IMG/VR virus record: IMGVR_UViG_3300020044_001154
Location: 1-42,573 of that record
Direction: 5' to 3' (one strand)
Source of the DNA: a virus
Taxonomy: Duplodnaviria > Caudoviricetes
Length of the DNA stretch: 42,573 bases
A program made the translations under genes and the position numbers. The notes under the pieces were generated by a model, which searched no databases, was not told the DNA's origin, and was given only the letters and a program-made list of their open reading frames with translations. Position 1 is the stretch's first letter, and the number at the start of each line of letters is the position of its first letter. This document shows positions 9,455 through 18,748 of the stretch, piece by piece.

Positions 9455-9609
9455 TGGACACGTTTGATATGCTGGTGAAGGCTTGGCCTATTCTCCTTGC
9501 CATAATCACGCTTATCATCGTGCTGTCAAAAATTGATCTGCGCGTTGCTGTAATTGAGGAAAAGATCAAAACGCTGTTTGAGCTATGGAACAAAAAGGGT
9601 GACAAATAA
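9454..9609 (+). CDS. Small membrane protein (51 aa)
   Basis: MDTFDMLVKAWPILLAIITLIIVL…; TAATG coupling at both ends. Confidence 0.6.
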   Translation: MDTFDMLVKAWPILLAIITLIIVLSKIDLRVAVIEEKIKTLFELWNKKGDK

Positions 9610-10007
9610 TGTTTCCACTCGGCGCAATCCTAGACATCGGCAGTAAGCTGGTCGATAAGTTCTTCCCCGATCCGCAACAGGCTGAACAGGCTAAGTTGAA
9701 GCTGTTGGAGATGCAGCAGACCGGCGAACTTGCACAGCTAAATGCTGACGTTGCAGAACAACATGAACTGACCGAACGCCTCAAAGCCGACATGGGCAGC
9801 GATTCGTGGCTGTCAAAGAACATTCGCCCCATGACGTTGATTGCAATCCTCATCGGCTATTTTACATTTGCTGGCCTGTCAGCGGCCAAGATCGACGTCA
9901 ACGAGGAATACGTCCAACTACTCGGCCAGTGGGGTATGCTAATTATGAGTTTTTATTTCGGCGGTAGAACGCTCGAAAAGATCATGGACATGAAGGTCAA
10001 GAAATGA
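9609..10007 (+). CDS. Holin (3TM/GTA-holin-like)
   Basis: DSWLSKNIRP…YFGGRTLEK motif; upstream of the endolysin. Confidence 0.75.
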   Translation: MFPLGAILDIGSKLVDKFFPDPQQAEQAKLKLLEMQQTGELAQLNADVAEQHELTERLKADMGSDSWLSKNIRPMTLIAILIGYFTFAGLSAAKIDVNEEYVQLLGQWGMLIMSFYFGGRTLEKIMDMKVKK

Positions 10008-10234
10008 AAGACAAGCTAACCTTTATTGTTACCACAATGGTCAGTTTTACGTTGTGCGTGGTCATTGGCGGTATGGTGTTTGCGCTGTGCTACGGTCTGT
10101 TTGATAAAGACGTAAACAACGACGATATATTTGCGCTGCTCGGGCCAGCGTTTCAAACGATTGTCGGCGGGTTCATCGGACTGCTGGCGGGTATAAAATT
10201 CTCAAATGCAAACGAGGGCGATGATGCTAAGTAA
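10004..10234 (+). CDS. Small 2-TM membrane protein
   Basis: Two hydrophobic helices; lies in the lysis cassette. Confidence 0.6.
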   Translation: MKDKLTFIVTTMVSFTLCVVIGGMVFALCYGLFDKDVNNDDIFALLGPAFQTIVGGFIGLLAGIKFSNANEGDDAK

Positions 10235-10739
10235 CTTCCCTGCGTCACTGGCGCTGGTTCTCCAAGCAGAAGGCGGCTTCGTGAATCATCCGCGAGATCC
10301 CGGCGGCATGACAAACTTGGGCGTGACGCGCAATGTCTGGCGCGACTGGGTTAATCGAGATGTTGACGAGGCCGAGATGCGAGCATTGACGCCCGAGCTT
10401 GTTGCACCACTCTACAAAGCAAGGTATTGGGATGCTTGCAAGTGTGACGATTTGCAACGTGGTGTGGATTATTGCGTGTTCGACGCTGCCGTGAACATGG
10501 GCAGTAGCCGCGCCGCAAAGCTGTTACAAGCGGAGTTAGGCGTTACGACTGACGGTGTTATCGGCAGAGCTACTATAGCGGCGGCAAACGCTGCCGATCC
10601 TTTGGAGCTACTGGAAAGTTTTAGTTTGAGCAAAGAAGAGTTTTACAAATCTTTGACGACGTTTGCGACCTTCGGCAAGGGCTGGCTGAATCGTGTGGCG
10701 CATGTGCGGCAGAACGCCGAGAAAATGACAGAGGCTTGA
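10221..10739 (+). CDS. Endolysin, glycoside hydrolase family 108 with peptidoglycan-binding C-terminus
   Basis: EGGFVNHPRDPGGMTNLGVT; VFDAAVNMG; DGVIG; FGKGWLNR. Confidence 0.9.
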   Translation: MMLSNFPASLALVLQAEGGFVNHPRDPGGMTNLGVTRNVWRDWVNRDVDEAEMRALTPELVAPLYKARYWDACKCDDLQRGVDYCVFDAAVNMGSSRAAKLLQAELGVTTDGVIGRATIAAANAADPLELLESFSLSKEEFYKSLTTFATFGKGWLNRVAHVRQNAEKMTEA

Positions 10740-10740
10740 T

Positions 10741-11376
10741 ATGACTACCGCACAAGTGATGACCTACGACTCGCTCGTAGAAGACATTCAGCAATACTTG
10801 GAACGGACTGACGATGCAACCATTGCTCAGATTCCGCGCTTCATCATGCTTGCTGAACAGGTCATCGCCAGCCAGATCAAGTTTCTGGGTAACTTGACGG
10901 TCAACACAAGCAATATGGTTATCGGTGCTGCGACCATAGACAAGCCTGCAAGATGGCACAAAACCATATCCATGAACGTAACTGTGGACGGGAAACGCCA
11001 GCCAGTGTTCCTGAGGAAGTACGAATACCTTCGGGAGTATGCCCCAGACCCATCAGTTGAAGGCGTGCCGAAGTTCTACGCGGATTATGATTATACCCAC
11101 TGGCTAGTCGCCCCCACACCGGATACGGCCTATGATTACGAGGTTCTCTATTACGAGCGAGTTCAACCGCTTGATTCTTCCAATCAATCAAATTGGTTTA
11201 CGACGTATGCACCGCAGGCGATGCTTTACGGTTCTCTGTTGCAGGCAATGCCGTTCTTGAAGAACGATGAGAGAATTGCTATGTGGCAACAGCAGTATGA
11301 TTTGATTATTAATACCTTGAAGTCTGAGGATGTGCAGCGCATTGGTGACCGCCAAGCGGTTGTGCTTGATACCTAA
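10741..11376 (+). CDS. Head-tail adaptor/tail tubular protein-like
   Basis: MTYDSL…IPRFIMLAE…APTPD…LYGSLLQAMPFLKNDER. Confidence 0.6.
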   Translation: MTTAQVMTYDSLVEDIQQYLERTDDATIAQIPRFIMLAEQVIASQIKFLGNLTVNTSNMVIGAATIDKPARWHKTISMNVTVDGKRQPVFLRKYEYLREYAPDPSVEGVPKFYADYDYTHWLVAPTPDTAYDYEVLYYERVQPLDSSNQSNWFTTYAPQAMLYGSLLQAMPFLKNDERIAMWQQQYDLIINTLKSEDVQRIGDRQAVVLDT

Positions 11377-11385
11377 AGGACTGAT

Positions 11386-12615
11386 ATGAGCTTCAATTCT
11401 CCGTTTACCGGTAACGTGATACAGCCGACTGACGTTTCATTCCGCGCTATTACGCTTACTGCTGATACTCAGTTATCGTGGCCTATCAACGGCAACGCTA
11501 CTGACAATTATGCGGCAAGGATCATGGACGTTACGGCAAGTTCTGCCAGCCTGTCTTTGTGGATGCCGCCTGCTAATCAAATTTCTGTTGGTCAGGATGC
11601 GTTGATTCGGAATACCGGATCGAACACTTTTACGGTCAAAGATTATGCCGGAACAAACACCATTATTTCTGTTGCCGCTGGGCAGTGTAAGTACATCTAC
11701 ATCACGGCAAATCCTGACACTTCTGGAACGTGGGGGAACATAGCTTTTGGTGTAGGGACTTCTTCGCCGGATGCTGCAACTCTCGCTGGATATGGTCTGC
11801 TTGCAATATCAAGCACATTGAATCAAAGCCATCCCACTTTAGGAATAACAAGCGGAACTACCTTTGCTGCTAGCGACAGAGCGCAGACGCGCATTTGGGA
11901 GATTGGCGCTGGATCGTTAACCCTTCCTACGGCTGCAACGCTGGGTGATAACTGGTTTACGATATTCAAGAATAACGGTTCTGGAACTTGCACAATTAGC
12001 TGTTCTGGCGCTGAGTTAATTGACGGATCATCTAGCAAGGAATACAACCCAGCAGAGGCGTCTTTCATTATCTGCAACGGGTCTGGATACATAACTGTTG
12101 GCTATGGGGTCAGCAGTAGTTTTGCTTTTACCTCTGCAATCATTCCGGTATCAAATGTTAATGTAACAATTTCATCGTCTCAAGCTCAGTCTGTATTGCA
12201 AGAATATCAAGGGGCTTTGACGGCTAATATCATAGCAACATACCCTCCTGTTTCCAATCTTTACGTTATCAGTAATCAGACAACGGGCGCTTACACTGTT
12301 TCCATAAAAACTCCAACAGGAACCGCAGTAGAAATACCTCAAAATGCCACCGCTACCCTTGTTTGTGATGGCGTAAATTTCTACAACGCAAACACTGTTC
12401 AGGCTGGCGGAACGACTATTCAATTGGTTGACGGAACAGTATCTTTCCCATCATTGAGCTTTGTGGGGGAGACTTCTACCGGAACTTACAGGGCTGGTGC
12501 CGGACAGATTAATACTGCAATTCTTGGCGTTAAGAGACAAACATTAACGGCCACAGGGCTATCTATTGTTGGTTCTGGCACATTTTCCGGTGGAGTTTCT
12601 GGCGGGACATTCTGA
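11386..12615 (+). CDS. Tail structural protein
   Basis: Beta-rich 409-aa ORF among tail genes; DGTVSFPSLSF…TGTYR motif. Confidence 0.6.
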   Translation: MSFNSPFTGNVIQPTDVSFRAITLTADTQLSWPINGNATDNYAARIMDVTASSASLSLWMPPANQISVGQDALIRNTGSNTFTVKDYAGTNTIISVAAGQCKYIYITANPDTSGTWGNIAFGVGTSSPDAATLAGYGLLAISSTLNQSHPTLGITSGTTFAASDRAQTRIWEIGAGSLTLPTAATLGDNWFTIFKNNGSGTCTISCSGAELIDGSSSKEYNPAEASFIICNGSGYITVGYGVSSSFAFTSAIIPVSNVNVTISSSQAQSVLQEYQGALTANIIATYPPVSNLYVISNQTTGAYTVSIKTPTGTAVEIPQNATATLVCDGVNFYNANTVQAGGTTIQLVDGTVSFPSLSFVGETSTGTYRAGAGQINTAILGVKRQTLTATGLSIVGSGTFSGGVSGGTF

Positions 12616-15398
12616 TGACTGCAAAAGTATTTGCTCTGGATACGAAGCCGGGAGTGCAGCGGGACGGCACAGTATTTGACATGAACTTCTACACCGATGG
12701 CAGGTGGGTCAGGTTCCAGCGTGGGCGTCCCAGAAAGATGGCGGGATACAGAGAGATCACCGCAGAGCTTGCAGGCCCGTCTAGGGGTCTCTACGTCAAT
12801 CCTAATGCGGATTACAACAACGTCTACAACGGGTATTCTGACGGCCTTCAAATATTGCCTATAAACAACAATGGTGTTGGCGCGGGTATTACGGATTTGG
12901 CGCTTTCCAATTTCACGTCAAGCGATGTGAATATGTGGCAATTCGATGCTTTATTCGATGCCACGGGGTCTGGTGATGAGTTGTTGTTGGCCCACCCCGG
13001 GTTGAATCTCCAAGACATCAACAATCAGACAAACACGTCTGTATTGGGTGGGGTCATCGGCGGAACTTCCATGTCATCTATTGGTGTATTTTCAGACTCC
13101 GCGTACACCCTTAATGGCTCAAAATCAGTCACCCTTGAGCAGAGTGACGCCAGAATTGGTGCTGGACAGATCGTTACGGGAACAAATATTCCGGCAAATA
13201 CTGAGGTTACTTCTGCCGAATTAACGACCATCAATCTATCAAATGTTGCCGTTACTGGAACGGCTGGAACATTCTCCTGCGATTCAACGGCTGGACTTTT
13301 TATTGGGCAGACCATTACGCCGACAGGAATAGTCTCTACAGGGACAATAGTTAACCCTGTAATTTCTGGAACTAGCGGAACATTTACCTGCACAAGCTCT
13401 ATAGGTCTATACGTTAATCAGCCTGTTGCAGTAAGTGGCACGCTGGCTAATACAAATCTCGTCAATGTTACCGTTACATCCGTCACTGGAGATTTGTTAT
13501 TCAATTCCCAGACTGGTATCTATGTGGGCCAGCAAGTGTTTGTCACAGGAACGCTTACGGGAACAGCTACAGGAATCTCAACCAATACGGTCTATTACGT
13601 CATAGGATCACCAACCAGCACGACCTTGCGGCTTTCTGCTACGTTAGGCGGATCGGCAATTGTCACTACGGCAGGAACAACGACCGGCCTTACGTTTAGC
13701 GTTCCCCTGCAAACCGGCATTACGTCTGGTCTTACCTATTTCATTATTGCAACCAACGGAACGACTACTTTTACATTGTCCTCAACACTTGGCGGATCAG
13801 CTATCGCTACCGTTGTAAACAGTCTTTCTGGTCTTACGTTCTCTGCACCATTAAATATTGGTCTTACCATTGGGACTAATTATTTTATTATTGCAACCAA
13901 CAATGCGACAACATTTACGCTTTCTGCTACTGCGGGAGGCTCTGCTGTTACTACCGTCCAGAACGTAACCACTGGACTGACGTTCACTACTGGAAATTTT
14001 TATGATGTTGAAATCTCCAACAATGCTACCGGAACTGGTTCTGTTACGCTGACCTTTGACAATCAAATATCTGTGTCTGGCGGGGTGGTTGTATTGCACC
14101 CATACATATTTGTATACGGCAACAATGGTCTTATCAAGAATAGTGCGGCGGGAGATTCTACAGATTGGGCTTCTGCGGAGGCTAACGAAACCAACGTATC
14201 TTCCACCAAAATAATTCAAGGACTTCCGGTTCGCGGTGGATCTACCGCGCCTGCTGGATTGTTCTGGTCATTGGATGGCCTGATCAGGGTTAGCTACAAC
14301 CCTACGCAGGTAAGTACTGGAACTGGTGTTACTCAGCTTTATTGGCGGTATGACATTATTTCAAGTCAGTCCTCCATCATGTCTAGCCAGTCTGTTATTG
14401 AGTATGACGGCATTTACTACTGGTGCGGGGTTGATCGTTTCCTGCTCTATAACGGCACCGTTCAAGAGATACCGAACAATTTCAATCAGAACTATTTCTT
14501 TGACAATCTGAATTACGATCAACGTCAGAAGGTTTATGTCAGCAAAGTCCCGCGTTTTGGTGAGGTATGGTGGTTTTACCCGCGTGGAGATTCTGAGGAA
14601 TGTAACGATGCCATCGTCTACAACACCCGCGAAAAGGTCTGGTATGACGCTGGAGAGGCTTTGGGAGCGCGTAGGACGGCTGGATACTTCTCGCAGGTAT
14701 TTCACTTTCCTATTAATGCTGGATCAGCTATCAATGCATCTGGCGGCATAAATACCTTCACCATAACAAATGCAGGCTCTGGTTATGTTGATGGGACATA
14801 CAACTATATTCCCTTGACAGGCGGCGCGGGAACTGGCGCAACCGCAAATATCACAGTTTCTGGCGGTCAAATTACTGCGATTGTATTATTCACTCGCGGG
14901 ACAGATTATTTGACAGAGGATTTTCTATCTGCAAGTAATGCTGATTTAGGCGGAACTGGCTCTGGATTTGAGATGGATGTAACTTCTCTGATGAATTTTG
15001 TCAGCTTGTGGCAACATGAAACAGGAACAGATGAGATTAAGGGTTCTCTTGCTGTTGCAATAGAAAGTTATTTTGAGACCAATGATCTTGGTTTAGTTGC
15101 AGGAGGGCCGTCAGAACCTGCAATGGTTGGGGTTAATCGTTGGTTACGACTAGAGCGTGTAGAGCCTGATTTCATTCAATCTGGGGATATGACCCTGTAT
15201 ATCACTGGACGGCCTTTTGCTCAGTCTGAGGATAAGGAATCCATTGCCTATCCTTTCTCTCCGACAACGGGGAAGATTGACATGAAAGAACAGCGGCGAG
15301 AGCTTCGGATTAAGGTTGTGTCAAATACTCTCGGCGGGGATTACCAATTGGGTAAAATGCTCCTCAATGCCGATATTGGCGATGTGAGGGGGTATTAA
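12615..15398 (+). CDS. Tail nozzle/stabilisation-type protein with large inserted beta-repeat domains
   Basis: N-terminal WVRFQRGRPRK; EVWWFYP…YNTREKVWY; Thr/Gly-rich insertions at ~13090-14060 and ~14740-14990. Confidence 0.6.
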   Translation: MTAKVFALDTKPGVQRDGTVFDMNFYTDGRWVRFQRGRPRKMAGYREITAELAGPSRGLYVNPNADYNNVYNGYSDGLQILPINNNGVGAGITDLALSNFTSSDVNMWQFDALFDATGSGDELLLAHPGLNLQDINNQTNTSVLGGVIGGTSMSSIGVFSDSAYTLNGSKSVTLEQSDARIGAGQIVTGTNIPANTEVTSAELTTINLSNVAVTGTAGTFSCDSTAGLFIGQTITPTGIVSTGTIVNPVISGTSGTFTCTSSIGLYVNQPVAVSGTLANTNLVNVTVTSVTGDLLFNSQTGIYVGQQVFVTGTLTGTATGISTNTVYYVIGSPTSTTLRLSATLGGSAIVTTAGTTTGLTFSVPLQTGITSGLTYFIIATNGTTTFTLSSTLGGSAIATVVNSLSGLTFSAPLNIGLTIGTNYFIIATNNATTFTLSATAGGSAVTTVQNVTTGLTFTTGNFYDVEISNNATGTGSVTLTFDNQISVSGGVVVLHPYIFVYGNNGLIKNSAAGDSTDWASAEANETNVSSTKIIQGLPVRGGSTAPAGLFWSLDGLIRVSYNPTQVSTGTGVTQLYWRYDIISSQSSIMSSQSVIEYDGIYYWCGVDRFLLYNGTVQEIPNNFNQNYFFDNLNYDQRQKVYVSKVPRFGEVWWFYPRGDSEECNDAIVYNTREKVWYDAGEALGARRTAGYFSQVFHFPINAGSAINASGGINTFTITNAGSGYVDGTYNYIPLTGGAGTGATANITVSGGQITAIVLFTRGTDYLTEDFLSASNADLGGTGSGFEMDVTSLMNFVSLWQHETGTDEIKGSLAVAIESYFETNDLGLVAGGPSEPAMVGVNRWLRLERVEPDFIQSGDMTLYITGRPFAQSEDKESIAYPFSPTTGKIDMKEQRRELRIKVVSNTLGGDYQLGKMLLNADIGDVRGY

Positions 15399-15643
15399 TG
15401 GCTCTTCCGCTTGTATATGACCCGCGTTATCACACCTTTGAATCATGGTCTTCCCTGATGGTAGAGGCTTACGCTGCACAACAGTTGCAGATTGGGGTTG
15501 CTGAAAAAGATTGGCAGGATTGGGCCATTGGGCTGACTGGGATTGACGTATTCCAGAATGAAGCCATTCCCTCTCCTCACTTGTTTGACCACTGGCAGAA
15601 CTGGGCTGAAGCTGTTGTAAACGCAGTAAACCCGAGGAATTGA
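15398..15643 (+). CDS. Small Trp-rich conserved phage protein
   Basis: TAATG coupling; WQDWA…WQNWAE. Confidence 0.6.
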   Translation: MALPLVYDPRYHTFESWSSLMVEAYAAQQLQIGVAEKDWQDWAIGLTGIDVFQNEAIPSPHLFDHWQNWAEAVVNAVNPRN

Positions 15644-15644
15644 T

Positions 15645-18600
15645 ATGGCATTAGTCAGATACCCACCTTATGACCGTCAATACGACGGTGAAAATGGAAC
15701 GGAAAAAGTAGAGGCGTTTGTTGATACTTCTACGGGGCAGATATTTAACAACCAAAGGCAAGGTAACAGCGACGACGGCTTTACTTACAGAATGACTCCT
15801 ACGGATAGATCGTGGGATTACATGAATACTACGGACGCTTCTGGTAAAAACATTTTTGGCTCTCAAGGGTATGCCCCTGAAGAATATAAATCATATGGTG
15901 ATGAATCGGGAGATTCTTGGGGAGCGACGGGCAAGGAAGGCGTTACTCCTTCTGGAGATATTCAAATTGGGCAGTCATTAGGAGCCAAGGGTTATGCTGA
16001 TGTTTTAAATAAATACGGCATTCAGCCAAAGTATGACCCTGATTATGGATATGTTCTTCCGTCAAATGTTCATAACGCAGTAACTCAAGAGTATTTTAGG
16101 AATTATGGGCTTGGGGAATACGGTAGCAGAGGCGGTATTACCGGATTCCTAGACAACTACGCTGTTCCGTTGATGATGGCGGCTACTGGCGCTGGAATGG
16201 CTGGTCTAGGTGGCTTTGCCGCTGAAGGTGCTGCTGCAACTGAAGGTGCGCTTGCTACCGCCGCCCCTGTTGCTGATACAGTCGCCACCGCAGAAACAGC
16301 CGCTGCTGCGGGAGATGCTTACCTGCCGGGGGTGTTATCTAATCCCCTAACGCAAGCAATGCCAACCGTATCAAATTTGGCACAAGCTGCCGCAACGAAC
16401 GCAGGAATGCAACTTGCCACAACAGGCACTATTGATCCAGAGAAGGTTCTTGAATCAGTAGTGACTGGCGCGGCAGGTTCTACGTTAGGAAATTTAGCCG
16501 GAATTGCTGCTGGCAATGCACTTGATAGCAACCTTGTTAGGTCTGTTGTCTCTGGCGCTGTTAGCGGGGCTACGCAAGCGGCTATTAACGGAACTGATCC
16601 AGTAACTGCTGCTCTTGCATCTGGCGCTGCTTCTGGCTTGGGGTATGAAGCAAGAGAAAATAATATCAATGTTCCTCAACAGTCAATCAATGCTGTTGTC
16701 AATTCAATAGCAACAGGCGCTCCTCTTGAGAAGACACTTTTAAGTGCCGCTATGAGCATTGGAGTTGGCGCTGCAAAGGATGCTGTATCAAATATTTCTT
16801 TAACCAATACTCAGGCTCCAGCCCCAGTTGAAACTAGGACTCCTATAAGTCCGCTGCCTGCTGACTCTGGCAATGTAACTACCGCAGAGCTAAGTGATAC
16901 CAGCCCGTCTGGTTATGTTATAGCTGGCACTGAAGTCCCTGCAAATGCAGACGGATCAATATATTCAGGTCTTTCTGCTATTTATAACGGCACAAATGTT
17001 GCTGCTAGTAATCTACCTATTAACACAGAAACACCGCCGGAAGGTTATTTTGATGGCGAAGGTGCTTTTAGGCAGTTATATCAACAAGCGGATGGTTCAT
17101 TAAAAAATGAATCTGGAGATACGGTAAATCAACAAGGCGATATTATTAAAACGCCTAGCCGTGGTTTTTGGGGAACTGTAAATTATGGTAATGCTCAACC
17201 AACAGGGTCAAATGTAGCCGTAACTGATGCGGTAGCTCAAACTCCAATAGTAGTAGATAACGGAGATGGGACTTTTACCACTACAAATGTTGATGGCACC
17301 ACAACAACTACTGGCACAAAAACCGCCGCTGTTGATGCTGGCACAACTACAAATACCGCCGATATAAACGCTAATGTTGTTGCTGCTGTAGATGCTGGAA
17401 CGACAACTGATGTTACTGCTGGAACTACTGGATTAATATCTACAGACAATTTCTTAGACCCTAGTTTGCCGGGATTTAGGTATCCGGTAACACAAGAAGA
17501 AATAGCCGCTTATATAAGTTATGGAAGCCAGAATAACCCGTCATTTATTGCAATCACTGGAGGAGAAGCGCAATCTGGTGATGTTTTGCTGGGAAATGAT
17601 GATGAAATTCTTGAGGGGACTGAAAACAATAATACATCAACAGTAGCAAGCGCACCCGAAGAAAATATTGCTAACACTGGTGCATTAAGTTCTATTGATG
17701 TCTCAAACATAAACAATAATACATCAACGGTAGCAGACACAAAAACTGCCGTTGGATTTAACGATTACAGTGATCTTGTTTATCAGACTGTTAATGGAAT
17801 ATTTGTAGACAGCAGTAACAATCCTGTTTCAGAACCTTCTACAAAACTAGATGGCACGCCGTTTAATGATACAAGGTCATTGACTGGTTCTGATGCTGGA
17901 AATACTACCGTTAATCCTGTTGACAGCGGATTATCAACAGTTGTTGCCGGTAACAGTGCTGGATCAATATTAGATAGTAGCGCAGGTTCTGCTGTAGTGA
18001 CGAATGGAGCCGTCGATCAAGGAAGAACTGGTGATAACGCAGTATTTTATGACGAAGAAGGTAACGCACTTGATTCTTCTGGAAATCCTGTTTATGGTTT
18101 ACATCAGGACGTATTAACTGATCCGGTATCTGGTTCGGCAACAACTACGACTGTAACGCCTGCCGTTACAACAACGGTTGGTGGTGGTTCGACCGGCAGT
18201 GGTTTACCAACATCTACCGGATCAACGGCGGCGGCTAAAAAAGATGCTGCCGCAACTCGGGCTAGTGACATGGCTCCTACCTATGCTTATTTGCAGCCAA
18301 CCATGTTAACGACTGGAAAAGCTGGATCATCCATGCCGTTGTTCACGGGTCTTGATCCTAAGCTGGCAAGCATTTTAAGTAGGGCAAAAGGTGGCTCTAT
18401 TCACCCTAATTTGCAGCGAGTGTTGTCTGATCGTGGGTATAACCCTGTGGAGATGGTGGCTGGCCCTGAGGATCGGTATTACGCTCGTCATGCCAAGCGT
18501 GGGTTTGCGGTAAACGGCCCGGGGACGGGACAGTCAGACGACATCCCGACCATGCTTGCCGATGGGGAGTACGTTTTTGACGCGGATACTGTAGCGGCTT

Positions 18601-18746
18601 TGGGAGATGGTTCTACAAAGGCTGGTGCCGCAGCACTAGATAAAATGCGGGAAGAAATAAGAAAACACAAGCGATCTGCGCCTGTTGATAAAATACCCCC
18701 GAAGGCTAGAAGCCCTTTGGATTACTTAGCTCGTAAAGGAAAATAA
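15645..18746 (+). CDS. Large putative internal (ejected) virion protein
   Basis: A/G-rich hydrophobic stretches; acidic low-complexity middle; C-terminal GPGTGQSDDIPTMLADGEYV domain. Confidence 0.6.
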   Translation: MALVRYPPYDRQYDGENGTEKVEAFVDTSTGQIFNNQRQGNSDDGFTYRMTPTDRSWDYMNTTDASGKNIFGSQGYAPEEYKSYGDESGDSWGATGKEGVTPSGDIQIGQSLGAKGYADVLNKYGIQPKYDPDYGYVLPSNVHNAVTQEYFRNYGLGEYGSRGGITGFLDNYAVPLMMAATGAGMAGLGGFAAEGAAATEGALATAAPVADTVATAETAAAAGDAYLPGVLSNPLTQAMPTVSNLAQAAATNAGMQLATTGTIDPEKVLESVVTGAAGSTLGNLAGIAAGNALDSNLVRSVVSGAVSGATQAAINGTDPVTAALASGAASGLGYEARENNINVPQQSINAVVNSIATGAPLEKTLLSAAMSIGVGAAKDAVSNISLTNTQAPAPVETRTPISPLPADSGNVTTAELSDTSPSGYVIAGTEVPANADGSIYSGLSAIYNGTNVAASNLPINTETPPEGYFDGEGAFRQLYQQADGSLKNESGDTVNQQGDIIKTPSRGFWGTVNYGNAQPTGSNVAVTDAVAQTPIVVDNGDGTFTTTNVDGTTTTTGTKTAAVDAGTTTNTADINANVVAAVDAGTTTDVTAGTTGLISTDNFLDPSLPGFRYPVTQEEIAAYISYGSQNNPSFIAITGGEAQSGDVLLGNDDEILEGTENNNTSTVASAPEENIANTGALSSIDVSNINNNTSTVADTKTAVGFNDYSDLVYQTVNGIFVDSSNNPVSEPSTKLDGTPFNDTRSLTGSDAGNTTVNPVDSGLSTVVAGNSAGSILDSSAGSAVVTNGAVDQGRTGDNAVFYDEEGNALDSSGNPVYGLHQDVLTDPVSGSATTTTVTPAVTTTVGGGSTGSGLPTSTGSTAAAKKDAAATRASDMAPTYAYLQPTMLTTGKAGSSMPLFTGLDPKLASILSRAKGGSIHPNLQRVLSDRGYNPVEMVAGPEDRYYARHAKRGFAVNGPGTGQSDDIPTMLADGEYVFDADTVAALGDGSTKAGAAALDKMREEIRKHKRSAPVDKIPPKARSPLDYLARKGK

Positions 18747-18748
18747 TC

